This document shows positions 49,631 to 59,764 of a stretch of DNA of 64,000 bases, one piece after another (positions within the stretch are counted from its first letter, which is position 1; each line of letters opens with the position of its first letter). The DNA is taken from positions 3,488,001 through 3,552,000 of the forward strand of contig OZ223209.1 in assembly GCA_965140415.1 (NCBI GenBank), written 5' to 3'. Source of the DNA: Myxococcota bacterium (lineage in GTDB: Bacteria > Myxococcota_A > SURF-8). The translations under genes were made by a program, and so were the position numbers. Under the pieces are notes generated by a model. That model did not search any database and was not told where the DNA came from. It was given only the letters and a program-made list of their open reading frames with translations.

Positions 49631-49763
49631 TATCCTTTATGCCTCCGCCAAAAATGGCAACCAATCGCAAACGGGGGATTCTTTTACTAGATCAAGGCGT
49701 AGTTGTCAAATAAATTCAATCCGTTTGCACGAAAAAGCTTTCTGATCTGCTCGATGGAGAACG

Positions 49764-50132
49764 TCAACGACGCGGATATCCCTTGGGAGCTGCTTTTTTC
49801 CCGAATCGTTGCTCGGATACACCTTCACGAACTTTGCGCATCATGCGAATCACCGCATACACAGCAGTTGTCACCAAGATCATGTTAACAAGAATGTTCC
49901 AACCTACCCCTAGATGCATTTCCCTAATCGCCAGACTGACACCGGAAAGCCCTACCAAAACGCCAAGGTAGGGAGGGGATAACTCTGCCATGATCTCCCC
50001 GGTAGATCCGGGCTCGGAATTGACAATCCGTTTCAGGTAAGGTGTTGCTCCAAAGGCCACTACAACCCCCAAGATTCCGAAAACAAACAAATACCCGAAG
50101 ATCCAGCCAACACTGACTTGAACTTGCTCCAT
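49764..50132 (-). CDS. Small three-TM membrane protein
   Basis: Three hydrophobic segments; GGAGGAG RBS. Confidence 0.7.
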   Translation of the reverse strand: MEQVQVSVGWIFGYLFVFGILGVVVAFGATPYLKRIVNSEPGSTGEIMAELSPPYLGVLVGLSGVSLAIREMHLGVGWNILVNMILVTTAVYAVIRMMRKVREGVSEQRFGKKAAPKGYPRR

Positions 50133-50356
50133 GTCCTACTCCTCCATTCAGCCCGACTTCACTTACGAAATCATATCGGAATGCTGAGAAAAAGTCGAGA
50201 TCGATTCCAGATTCCGCTATCGAAAAAATCTATTACAGTTTTCATAATAGAGAATGTCGTTTGGAAAATCCTGAATTTGGAATAGAATGGTCGTATGAGT
50301 TCACACTTATGAGCATCATTCAATCTGTTCAATCTCTTTTGCAGTTTAAGGTGCAG

Positions 50357-52384
50357 ATGAAACGAAACCGCCTTATCACACTAATTTCATTGGCATTAAT
50401 CATCACCTTGGCTTGGTGGTGGAGATCGGAGTCTACTCCAACAAGTCAAAATAAAACCCGACCGAGCCGTGTAAGCACCCATGAAATCGACGACCTAAGC
50501 CTCCATCAACCCTCAAGAACTCCGCGTCAACCCTCTCAACCGACAGGTTTACCTGCGATTTTCAGCACCACCCCAAGCGATCCGCGCCCGAAATGGCAAA
50601 GTTCACTGGCTCTGTTTATCATAGACAAATCAACACAGCGTCCGGTTCCGGGAGTGAAAATCCAAATCCAGGGGCCGATCACGCTGCCGCCCGCCTGGAG
50701 TGATCAGGACGGCAACGTCAGCTTTCTACAACTTCCAGCCGGATTCTATTACTTAACGTTGACTCACGACGCCTATGCCCTGGCGCGACACAATGCCTAC
50801 ACCTTCGTTCAGTTAAAAGCGCAAGAGCACCGGGAACTGCTGATCGAGGTAGAATCGGCTTGTCTGGCCAGCGGAAGAATGATCTCCGCCCTTAGTGGCG
50901 AACCGATTGCGGATGCGGAAATCTATCCTAATCGATACGAACAGAACGATCCAGTGCGCAGTGATGTGCAAGGGCGCTTCATGCTGCACACAGGAGAACT
51001 GCACGAAGCCAATATCTATTTCAAGGCAAACGGTTATTCTCCGCGTGAGATCAGGCGCGGCTGCCTGGATGGGAAAATCGACTTGGGAGATGTCCCTCTC
51101 ACCGCCGATTGGGTGCTGAAAGGCAAAGTGGTCGATACCCAACAGGAACCGCTTGCAGGTGTAACCGTGCAAGATTACCCACGCGAACCAGACGCGCCTC
51201 CCACTGCAAACCTGATGTTAGCCACAACCGACGAACAAGGACGTTTTTCCCTTGCCGGTCTTCCCACTACTAACGAACATATCTATTTCTACAAGGACGG
51301 TTATGCCTCTGCGGATGCGAAGGTTAACTCCGCAACTCCCGCCGATTTTACAGTCGTCATGCATGCTTCTTGCACGATTCAAGGTTTGGTGCAGGATCAG
51401 CAGCAAACCCCGGTAGAAGGAGTAACCGTTCAAAAACTGCAAACCTTCGGCGTGGAAGCAATCTCAATTACCGATGAAGCAGGGAAATTTACACTTGATA
51501 ATCTAGCACCAGGAAAACAAGGGATTTTAGTGATGACGGCCATCGACGATGTTCAGGTCATCCAGACGCTGCGTACCACCTGTCCGCCGCCCAATCCCCC
51601 TTGGATCGTTACCATTGAAAGACCATCCAATAGCGTTTCCAAGGGAATCGTACTCGACGCAAACGAGAAACCTGTATCTGGAGCCTTCATCATTGTCATG
51701 GTCAAACGGAACATGAAAAGCTGGACCCAGGTCATCAGCGGAGAAGACGGGCGCTTCTCGATTCGGGTTCCCGATGATGAAGAATATACCCTGCTAGCCA
51801 GCTCGATCAATCCTCCCGGAGTTGCTTACAGCAAAGGCATTTCCGGAGAACAATCGAACATCCAGCTAAAACTGAGTGATTTCAAGCCATATAACAAAAT
51901 TCCCAAGACGGGTTCGGTTGAAGATAACGAAGGACGACCGATTCTCAATTACCAGTACTGCTGGTCTTATTGCAGCCAGAAACGCAGCTCGGACGAGCAA
52001 GGCCTTTGGTATCGAACAATAGAGATGCCCATCGACACGCCCCCCTTGTGGATCTTCACACAAGATGGTCGCGTCGCCCGATCCGCCTTGACTCCTTATG
52101 GAGAGCCCTCCGAGGAAGACAGCATTGTGGTAATTGGCGAAGGTGCGTCGCTGAAAGCTCAACTGGGAAAAGACTTTGAAGGATGGACGCGGGTGGAATT
52201 GGGTTCGGGGTGGCCGATCTTTGAAAAAAACTTGCAGGATGAAATTGATTTTCCGCTGCTACCGCCGGGGATATACTATCTTTCGCTTACCGCAGCCAAC
52301 GGACGGCGGCGCGATATCCGCGATATCAGCATTCAAGACGGCGCCCCGGTTGACCTTGGAGAGATCAACCTGGACGCCCCATAA
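50357..52384 (+). CDS. Membrane-anchored carboxypeptidase-regulatory-like (transthyretin-fold) repeat protein
   Basis: N-terminal anchor, then about six G.V.D....P..G..V...(T/S)D..G.F repeats; start MKRNRL at 50357 chosen (ORF track 50261). Confidence 0.82.
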   Translation: MKRNRLITLISLALIITLAWWWRSESTPTSQNKTRPSRVSTHEIDDLSLHQPSRTPRQPSQPTGLPAIFSTTPSDPRPKWQSSLALFIIDKSTQRPVPGVKIQIQGPITLPPAWSDQDGNVSFLQLPAGFYYLTLTHDAYALARHNAYTFVQLKAQEHRELLIEVESACLASGRMISALSGEPIADAEIYPNRYEQNDPVRSDVQGRFMLHTGELHEANIYFKANGYSPREIRRGCLDGKIDLGDVPLTADWVLKGKVVDTQQEPLAGVTVQDYPREPDAPPTANLMLATTDEQGRFSLAGLPTTNEHIYFYKDGYASADAKVNSATPADFTVVMHASCTIQGLVQDQQQTPVEGVTVQKLQTFGVEAISITDEAGKFTLDNLAPGKQGILVMTAIDDVQVIQTLRTTCPPPNPPWIVTIERPSNSVSKGIVLDANEKPVSGAFIIVMVKRNMKSWTQVISGEDGRFSIRVPDDEEYTLLASSINPPGVAYSKGISGEQSNIQLKLSDFKPYNKIPKTGSVEDNEGRPILNYQYCWSYCSQKRSSDEQGLWYRTIEMPIDTPPLWIFTQDGRVARSALTPYGEPSEEDSIVVIGEGASLKAQLGKDFEGWTRVELGSGWPIFEKNLQDEIDFPLLPPGIYYLSLTAANGRRRDIRDISIQDGAPVDLGEINLDAP

Positions 52385-52389
52385 GTCAC

Positions 52390-52905
52390 CTATTTATCAA
52401 GCGCTTCGATTCTGGACATATCCTTGACATGCAGACATCCAGGATATTCCAGGGCTTCGTCCCAGTACAAGAAACGAGTGGCCTGCTCGATGTATGCTTT
52501 GTCCAAATTGCTGCCGTCTACCGGCACGTAGCCATCACAGGTGCTCTTGGTCGAGGGGTCAAAGCCATCAGAGGCGTAGAATTTGAATTCCAGATCGGTT
52601 AGCGCCGTGGCGATACCGGTTTCGTTCCACAGATCGATCACTTCGACATACGCGGCCTCATCGATGGTCGTGGTTTCGAAATCGTTCAGGTTATACTCAT
52701 ATTGCTGACCGGCATATTCGATCGTAACCATCAAGCCATCGGTATCGCCGTCGGTTGTTCCGTCGCCATCGGTTGCATCATCACCGTCAGCGACATCGCC
52801 ATCCGTGGTGTTGTCATCGTCATCACCGCCGCAGGCCTGAGCCATAAGCAGAAACAGGCTGAGTGTCAGCAGCATAAACAGTGTAAATCCATTGATTTTT
52901 CTCAT
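52390..52905 (-). CDS. Small predicted lipoprotein with DGD linker
   Basis: Lipobox-like AQAC, then GGDDDDNTTDGDVADGDDATDGDGTTDGDTDG; AAGGAG RBS. Confidence 0.78.
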   Translation of the reverse strand: MRKINGFTLFMLLTLSLFLLMAQACGGDDDDNTTDGDVADGDDATDGDGTTDGDTDGLMVTIEYAGQQYEYNLNDFETTTIDEAAYVEVIDLWNETGIATALTDLEFKFYASDGFDPSTKSTCDGYVPVDGSNLDKAYIEQATRFLYWDEALEYPGCLHVKDMSRIEALDK

Positions 52906-53148
52906 CGTACGTTCTCCTTACCGCAAGTAAAAGTAATACAAATCCCCTCACTTCACTGGATGCTCGTGTCATTTGATACTCCCATGTACCTCAATTCACA
53001 ACATGAAGCAATAGGAAGTTATAGATACTTCACAAAAACTAATACACGTTTTCTCCCAGGAACTATATTTCCCATCCAACAGATCTGGTCAAGCAACGGA
53101 AAAAATGCTAAAGTCTCTTCCGTAATCGTTCGTTGTCGTGGAGGTTTC

Positions 53149-54438
53149 ATGTTTACAATCAGTCTTGTTCTCCGGCTTGCTCTGCTTGCGATTTTCGTGC
53201 ATGTAACTACCGGTTGCGATAGCGGCTGTCCTGACGGTATGCGGGAATATCAGGATGACTGCATCCCGATCTCAAGCGACCAGACCCACAGCGATCCGGT
53301 GATCATCGACGGAGATGACAGCGAGCCGGAAATCTATATCCCCACACCAATTCCAATCGACTACAACAGCTTGCCGACCGATTCGGGAGAAGAACCGGAG
53401 ACCGTGGACAATCTGGACAACACCAACGTACCAGAGGATACTGCAGGGCTCGTATTCTGGATCGAAGGCACACCTGGCGGCATACTATGGCCAGAGCAGA
53501 TCCGCGACCCGGAAGACAACCTGGTTTACGACTTCATGACCGATGCGGAAGATGGCTCCATCAATGATTCGTTCGATTTCCATTATTACCCCGACAGCAG
53601 CCTGTCGCTGTTTCTGCCGAACACACCTCGCCTCCCCTTTTCCAGTGGCGACTGGTCGATTAAAATCGGTTCGGATGGTAGCACGGAGCCTTCAGTCACG
53701 ATGTTGCGCCGTACGAAACGGCCAGAGGACTACATTCACACCCAGATCAGCCTCAATTTGTGGTTCACCGATTTACCCAACCTAAATGCCACAAATGCAG
53801 GAAGCAATAAAACCCTGGAAAAGTCTTTAGATGTTTTCAAGGAATTATTGGAAACCGCCGGAATTCGTGTAAACAATATCTTCTATCACGATGTACCTTC
53901 CGATGTTGCCCAGCGCTATGCGGACATCAGCGACATGACTGAATTTCATGACATGTTTCCTTTAACCGAAGAAGTAGACAATCCCTGGCCGAACCTGTTT
54001 CTGATTCGCTCTTTCTCCGGCGCCGATCTTGCGGGAGTGATCGGCATGGCCGCGCACATTCCAGGCCCTGCTACTTTGCAAGGCACACGTTATTCAGGAG
54101 TGGCGATTTCGATGGAATACTTCGAGATGTTCCCTCGGATCACGGGTCTGACCATGGCGCATGAACTTGCACACTGGATGGGATTGTTTCATACCAGCGA
54201 AGCCTTCAGCGGCTTTTACGATGCCTTGGATGACACCGCCGAATGCGACCCCAGCAAGGACACCAATCAAGACGGTCTGATCGATATCATCGAATGCGCA
54301 AACTATGGCGGCAACAACATCATGTTCTGGATGGTGCCATTAACCGATGCCTTTGCCATCGGTGAAAATGGAGTCTCTTTTTCTGCCGATCAGAGCTGGG
54401 TGTTGGAACGAAATCCACTGGTGGAATATACTCCTTAA
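53149..54438 (+). CDS. Predicted lipoprotein metzincin metalloprotease (M43/pappalysin-like)
   Basis: TTGC lipobox; HELAHWMGLFH (HExxHxxGxxH) and Met-turn N.MF; GGAGG RBS before ATG 53149. Confidence 0.85.
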   Translation: MFTISLVLRLALLAIFVHVTTGCDSGCPDGMREYQDDCIPISSDQTHSDPVIIDGDDSEPEIYIPTPIPIDYNSLPTDSGEEPETVDNLDNTNVPEDTAGLVFWIEGTPGGILWPEQIRDPEDNLVYDFMTDAEDGSINDSFDFHYYPDSSLSLFLPNTPRLPFSSGDWSIKIGSDGSTEPSVTMLRRTKRPEDYIHTQISLNLWFTDLPNLNATNAGSNKTLEKSLDVFKELLETAGIRVNNIFYHDVPSDVAQRYADISDMTEFHDMFPLTEEVDNPWPNLFLIRSFSGADLAGVIGMAAHIPGPATLQGTRYSGVAISMEYFEMFPRITGLTMAHELAHWMGLFHTSEAFSGFYDALDDTAECDPSKDTNQDGLIDIIECANYGGNNIMFWMVPLTDAFAIGENGVSFSADQSWVLERNPLVEYTP

Positions 54439-54597
54439 GCCAAGACATATAAGAGCATCCGCATATTGGCTCAATGCGTCATAATGTCTTGACAGCACCT
54501 TTGGCGGTATGGTAGTTCTTGTGGCCACACATCAAGAACCTGTCAGGAAGGCAGGATCTTCGATACATTCAATTGGTTGTGATTATAGGAGGAAACC

Positions 54598-54915
54598 ATG
54601 AACGCGAAAGAAAATATCGCCAAAATCGAAGCGAATCTGAAAAACAAGCCGGATCTGAACAAAACTGTGAACGCGATTTTCAAATTCCAGATCGAAGGCG
54701 ATGATGGCGGCGTGTGGACGCTGGATCTTACCAAATCTCCGGGCGAACTTACCGAAGGTGAAACCGCGACTCCGTCTTGCACGATCATCATGAACACCGA
54801 AGATTTCCAGGCCATGATTGACAAAACCGCCAATCCGATGCAGCTTTACATGCAGCAAAAACTGAAAGTCCAAGGCAACCTGCCGCTGTCCCTGAAATTG
54901 CAGGAAATCCTGTAA
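54598..54915 (+). CDS. SCP2 sterol/lipid-binding domain protein
   Basis: F.F.I.G..GG.W.LD, CTI....DF, NP.Q.YM..KLKV.GN; GGAGG RBS. Confidence 0.9.
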   Translation: MNAKENIAKIEANLKNKPDLNKTVNAIFKFQIEGDDGGVWTLDLTKSPGELTEGETATPSCTIIMNTEDFQAMIDKTANPMQLYMQQKLKVQGNLPLSLKLQEIL

Positions 54916-54938
54916 TTTTTAACCTATTCAGGTTTATC

Positions 54939-54971
54939 AACGAAGGAGCAAACCGCTCCTTCGTTTTTTTT
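54939..54971 (+). terminator. Intrinsic terminator after the SCP2 gene
   Basis: AACGAAGGAGC-AAACC-GCTCCTTCGTT followed by a T run. Confidence 0.9.
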
Positions 54972-55098
54972 ATGGGAATACAAAATCCGCACATTGCCTT
55001 CAGGATTCGAACACACCCCTACAATCATCCAGCAATTTTGCTTGATGAGTCCGCTAAAACAACAAAAACACCAACAAGTTGTACAGTATTTAATTCTG

Positions 55099-55386
55099 TC
55101 AGGGAAGAGGAACGAGATACACGCGCTCGTTTTCTTTGATCATACCGAATTCTTCACGCGCCAACTGTTCGTAATAGGAAGGATCGCTCTTCAATCGTTC
55201 GATTTCCTGTTCCATTCCAGCGATCTTAATCTTCAATGATTCCACACGGGTTTGAATCTGCTCGTGGCTATAATCCACTTCCTCGGCAGCTTTTAAACTC
55301 TGAAAAGACCGATGCCCGACAAGTAACAAGAGTGCCACCATCGTTACAATTACGCTGTTAACAAGAAATCGATATAGTAACGCCAT
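55099..55386 (-). CDS. ftsB: Septum formation initiator FtsB/DivIC family
   Basis: TM, coiled coil, L..DP.Y.EQLAREEFGMIKENE; start MALLY at 55386 chosen. Confidence 0.82.
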   Translation of the reverse strand: MALLYRFLVNSVIVTMVALLLLVGHRSFQSLKAAEEVDYSHEQIQTRVESLKIKIAGMEQEIERLKSDPSYYEQLAREEFGMIKENERVYLVPLP

Positions 55387-55545
55387 AGTGCAAGACCTGA
55401 GAAAAACACTTCCATTAATATTCTCATTATAGCACAGACGTGTATTAATGCAAAGCAATTAATCGTTCTTTGCTGATTAATAGAAAGTATTTATTAATAA
55501 TTATCTATAGTTAAATTTATTAATGAAAAACTTTAACTCATCCGG

Positions 55546-56550
55546 TCAACCGAAATGACAAAATCCTTTGGCGGTTATCTTCTGTATCGAAGCATTCCGA
55601 CCAACAAGCCAAATTCCTTCCTCTGATGTGCAATACCCAATGCACGTCGGTTTAGAGAGCCTTTCCGGCCATTCGGAAGGAAATCCTCGACCTCTTTTCC
55701 AGGTAAACAATAGCGCGTAATCCTCTCCTCCGCGAAGGACATAGTCTGTTGCAGGTTTTTGCTGTGTTGCCGCATATCGCTTCAATTCACGCGGCACAAC
55801 CAGACGGGTTTCTTCGATATTCGCCCCAACGCCACTCTGCTCGCAGATATGTCCCAAATCCCCAAGCAATCCATCCGATACATCGATACAAGCCGTACAG
55901 CCCCCAGATTGCGCCAACCAACGCCCCTGTTCGATCAACGGCACGGGTTTCAAATGAGCCCTACGCATCCCGGTAGGCAATGTCGCTCCACTTTCCAGTA
56001 ATTCCAAGCCGGCACGACTCAATCCCAGTCCTCCCCAAACCCAGATACTGTCTCCTGCGCGAGCTCCTGCGCGCGTGAGTATCTGCTTGCGGTCCACAAC
56101 TCCCATCACCGTCACTGTGATGCTTATCGGCCCTGGTGATCCGGTGGTATCCCCACCTGCCAGTTCGACTCCATGCTTTTTGGCCAACGTTTTCAAACCG
56201 CTATAAAGGTCTGTAATCCAACGCATCGACAGATCAGAAGGAACGGACAGCGCCACCAACGCCGCAACCGGCTCCGCGCCCATAGCTGCCAGATCGCTCA
56301 GGTTGACTGCCAACGCTTTGTGCCCCAGATCCCTGGCGGAAGTCGTCGTTCGCCTGAAGTGGATATCTTCTACAAGCAGATCGGTACTGGCCACCAAACG
56401 TTGACGACTGGGAACGGAGATGGAACAGGCATCATCACCATTTCCAAGTTCCACCAAAGGATGATGGCTGCTGCTTTTCACGATATGATCGATCAGGTCG
56501 AACTCATCTATATCACCGACTCGTTTGTCTATCGGTTTTCTGGTGCTCAT
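55546..56550 (-). CDS. thiL: Thiamine-phosphate kinase
   Basis: EFDLI, GDDA, STD.LVE.IHF, KALAVNLSDLAAMGA.P, GGDT, DVSDGL, GGEDY.L. Confidence 0.95.
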   Translation of the reverse strand: MSTRKPIDKRVGDIDEFDLIDHIVKSSSHHPLVELGNGDDACSISVPSRQRLVASTDLLVEDIHFRRTTTSARDLGHKALAVNLSDLAAMGAEPVAALVALSVPSDLSMRWITDLYSGLKTLAKKHGVELAGGDTTGSPGPISITVTVMGVVDRKQILTRAGARAGDSIWVWGGLGLSRAGLELLESGATLPTGMRRAHLKPVPLIEQGRWLAQSGGCTACIDVSDGLLGDLGHICEQSGVGANIEETRLVVPRELKRYAATQQKPATDYVLRGGEDYALLFTWKRGRGFPSEWPERLSKPTCIGYCTSEEGIWLVGRNASIQKITAKGFCHFG

Positions 56551-57278
56551 GGTTTCTCTCCTTTGAGACTTGTTTCCCCCAATTTTGAAAGACCTGCATC
56601 CTCAATCCATCCCAGAGCCGACAGATTCGCAGAGGTCTGCTCGACCATGCTCTGATCGCCGAGTTGTTTGAATTCCTGTCGCGCCTGCAACAACCAGTCA
56701 ATCGCTCCTTCACGATGCCCCATGCGACCTTCCACGACACCGAGATTGGCTTTGTCGCGGGCCATATCATGATGTTCCTTGAGTTCCTGATGCAACGAGA
56801 GGGCCTGACGAAACAAGGCTCTGGCTTTTTCCAACTGACCGTTACGCAAGAACAAGGACGCAAGCTGACTGACATCCGTCGCCTCTCCTCGATGATCCCC
56901 AAGCTTCTGATGGAGCAACATCAATTCGAGCAACGCTTCTTGTGCATGCTGCTCCATGCCATCCTCAAGCAGCATCGTTACATGTTGTTCTAGAAAGAAA
57001 GCAGCTAGGTTTTGTGAGAGGTCGATTCCAACCGCAGGTCGATCTACCACGATGTCACAGACAAGACCAGCCAGATTGAGTTTCTCCATCGATTGGAGTA
57101 CTCGTTGTTCAAGAATTCCAATTTGTTCTGAAAATTCGGAAAGAAGCAAATGTCTATCTTGAAACGCCAGCAACGCGCACCACACGCGACGAGAGACAGG
57201 GTCTAATTCAAAGAAGCTCTGAACGGTCTGCTCACCGTTCCTATCTTCTTGCATGGCGACACTCGCATTCCGGTTCAA
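56547..57278 (-). CDS. TPR protein with possible N-terminal winged-helix domain
   Basis: TPR-like helices (LGDHRGEA....QLA, A.ALF.QAL, NLG, A...F..LGD); N-terminal L..SE...IG....V...M.KL...GLV; ATGA overlap with thiL. Confidence 0.7.
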   Translation of the reverse strand: MNRNASVAMQEDRNGEQTVQSFFELDPVSRRVWCALLAFQDRHLLLSEFSEQIGILEQRVLQSMEKLNLAGLVCDIVVDRPAVGIDLSQNLAAFFLEQHVTMLLEDGMEQHAQEALLELMLLHQKLGDHRGEATDVSQLASLFLRNGQLEKARALFRQALSLHQELKEHHDMARDKANLGVVEGRMGHREGAIDWLLQARQEFKQLGDQSMVEQTSANLSALGWIEDAGLSKLGETSLKGEKP

Positions 57279-57296
57279 TTCATAACATCGACGAAC

Positions 57297-59555
57297 CTAC
57301 TTAAACGATCGGTTGGGCCGAATCTCATCGATTTCATGGTAGAGAATCGGCATCAGACGTTTGACTGCATCGTTATCCGGGTCGAAAATATTATCACTTT
57401 CCAAAGGATCGGTCTTCAGATTATAGAGTTCGTATACCTGGGAGCGCACATTGTACAACAACTTGTAGTCACGATCCACAATACCTTTAATCGATCCTCC
57501 CGGATAGCGAGCGGTCCAGCTTATCGACAAGAAGGCCGGACGGTCACGATATGCAGAATCATCTCCAAACAATAACGGTGCATAGCTGCGCCCACGGAAA
57601 TGGTCCCAACCGTCTTTGAACTGGAGTAGATTCTGGATAGTCGGCATGAGATCGACATGACTGACGACATTTGGTAACCGCTTTCCAGTCAACCCAGGCA
57701 CCCACCAGACCAACGGCACATGCACCGACTCCTCGTAGAGATGATAGCTATGAAACCGTTTTCCGTGTTCCAGGAATTCTTCGCCGTGATCCGCCGTTAA
57801 AATGACAATCGTTTTGTCCCATAATCCCAAAGATTCCATTTTCTCGAAAACGATTTTCAACTTCTGATCGACATACCGGATTTCACCATCGTATCGATCC
57901 AGGTCGCGATCTCCCCACTTGTTTCCCGGATGAGGAACATACGGGGCGTGCGGCTCGAAATAGTGCAGCCACAAAAAGAATTTCTTTTCTTTATTATGAT
58001 TAAAAAATCGTTCTGCATAGTCGGTTACCAAGTCACCCGAAATTGACTTGTTGGCGCCATCGTTATTAAACCGATCGAAGCCCTGATCCTGCCCCCACAT
58101 CTTTTTGTCCATGGTCCAATATGCCGACGTGTAATATCCGTGTGCTTTCAGCGTTTCCGCCAACATCCGGTTCCCTTTTTTAATCGTATGCGGGAAGGTT
58201 TTGGTACTCCATGCAATATCCGAGGGATACATGGACGTATGAATCTGAGGGATCACCCAACGGGTAGCAGGAACATTGCAATAGGCACGGTCGAAGATAA
58301 AGGCTTTTTTCTTGTCGGTCCACTCTACTATGTTGGGAGTTGTTTCGCGCCCATATCCATACAGCGAAACGTTACGAGCACGAGTAGCATCGATACTAAT
58401 GAGAACGACGTTATAGTCCTTCATTTTTGTAGCGATATCCACAGGAACGGTATAGGGCACATCGGTATTTCGATACAAGCCTTTCGGTCTGTCTCCGCCA
58501 ACGCAATTGTCATCACGCTTGTTACCAGGTTTCTCCAGCGCATCGGGATACACCTTGCGATTGAAGGGCATGCAATCGCCTCCGCCCATTATCGCCGGAT
58601 AGCCATCGGCATCGAAATCCATCAACTGGCGGACATTCGTTAAAAGATGACCGGCAAGAATCGTCTTCTTGAACGCCACATAGCGCACCTTGCTGCTTTC
58701 CGCCACCACTGCCAGGATCAAGAAAGCCGCGATAAATGCAGCCGGCCAGATGAAACGACCAAGGTTCACCGCACCAATAAAACGTCCCGCCAACTTGATA
58801 CGCAACGAATGCAACAATAGAACATATCCGGCGATGGCAGCACCAAACAGATATGCCTGGTAGTTTTTGATCATGATAATGGTTCCCCAGCCCTTCCAGA
58901 TGACCAGGGGAACAGCAGCAATCATCAGCACGACAAGTCCCCACAGGATCACGTCGGCTCGAAGATATAGAGTGAAGAGAGACATTCGGCGCAGAACAGA
59001 AAAAAGTTTGAACAGAAAAAGATAGACAGGCATGCCAACCAGTAAAGCCGCCACGCCTACTCCCATTACCGTAACAACGGAAAGTGCGGAAGCAAGCACA
59101 CGGTTCTGGAAGTCAGCTTTAAGTAAGCCGTAGAACGCTCCATAAGCACCAGCCATGAACGCAGCCAGGACGACCAGAGCAGTCAATAATGCAGCCAGTC
59201 GCCTGGTTTCACCACGCCCCATGTTATCGGCAGGAAACAAGCGATAAACCAGGAAACGTACAGGTCGGGTAGATTTAAAAACCCGCTGCATGAAGAAAAC
59301 CATTAATCCCCACAAAATCCCTAACAATCCACCACTGACAAGGTATGTCGTCACCAATAGTACTGCGGATTGAAAGATGATGCTGGAATCTTTCAATGAA
59401 GTCAGAACATCGCGTGGGATATAGTGCAGTTCAAGCAACCCGGCGATTATGCCAATTAATGCCAGATACGCTACTCGGGTTGTGATTAAACTTCCCAAAC
59501 TCGGCAAATCGCCGTCTCTGGAAAGCAGAGATAGTTTTATTGGGGAGATCGCCAT
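57297..59555 (-). CDS. Membrane-bound sulfatase-like/alkaline-phosphatase superfamily hydrolase or transferase
   Basis: About 7-8 N-terminal TM helices; NVVLISID..R, YGY.R.TTPN, LHY.EPH.PY, YDGEI.YVD, TADHGE.F.EHG, HVPL, VDLMPT, ELY.L..DP.E. Confidence 0.88.
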   Translation of the reverse strand: MAISPIKLSLLSRDGDLPSLGSLITTRVAYLALIGIIAGLLELHYIPRDVLTSLKDSSIIFQSAVLLVTTYLVSGGLLGILWGLMVFFMQRVFKSTRPVRFLVYRLFPADNMGRGETRRLAALLTALVVLAAFMAGAYGAFYGLLKADFQNRVLASALSVVTVMGVGVAALLVGMPVYLFLFKLFSVLRRMSLFTLYLRADVILWGLVVLMIAAVPLVIWKGWGTIIMIKNYQAYLFGAAIAGYVLLLHSLRIKLAGRFIGAVNLGRFIWPAAFIAAFLILAVVAESSKVRYVAFKKTILAGHLLTNVRQLMDFDADGYPAIMGGGDCMPFNRKVYPDALEKPGNKRDDNCVGGDRPKGLYRNTDVPYTVPVDIATKMKDYNVVLISIDATRARNVSLYGYGRETTPNIVEWTDKKKAFIFDRAYCNVPATRWVIPQIHTSMYPSDIAWSTKTFPHTIKKGNRMLAETLKAHGYYTSAYWTMDKKMWGQDQGFDRFNNDGANKSISGDLVTDYAERFFNHNKEKKFFLWLHYFEPHAPYVPHPGNKWGDRDLDRYDGEIRYVDQKLKIVFEKMESLGLWDKTIVILTADHGEEFLEHGKRFHSYHLYEESVHVPLVWWVPGLTGKRLPNVVSHVDLMPTIQNLLQFKDGWDHFRGRSYAPLLFGDDSAYRDRPAFLSISWTARYPGGSIKGIVDRDYKLLYNVRSQVYELYNLKTDPLESDNIFDPDNDAVKRLMPILYHEIDEIRPNRSFK

Positions 59556-59764
59556 TACTCCATTTCCTTACTTACTGCAAATACAACACGGACGGTCCCA
59601 GTCCGAATAGCTGTCACTTTAAAAGTTACAGACTGCGCACTATACTAAAAAACAAACGCTACGGCAATGCAAGTATCCATTTTTCACAAGCGACTTTCAA
59701 TGAGAATAGGATTACTGGATTCGTTTTCGATGTGAAAAAAGATGAGATAAAACACCAGAGAGTA

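Noticed and set aside
52702-53148. 149-aa N-terminal extension of the metalloprotease ORF
   Set aside because: Overlaps the divergent 52390-52905 gene; a GGAGG RBS and signal peptide support the start at 53149.
55440-55545. Very AT-rich patch as replication origin or mobile element end
   Set aside because: Short, no DnaA-box cluster or terminal repeats seen; most simply the ftsB promoter region.
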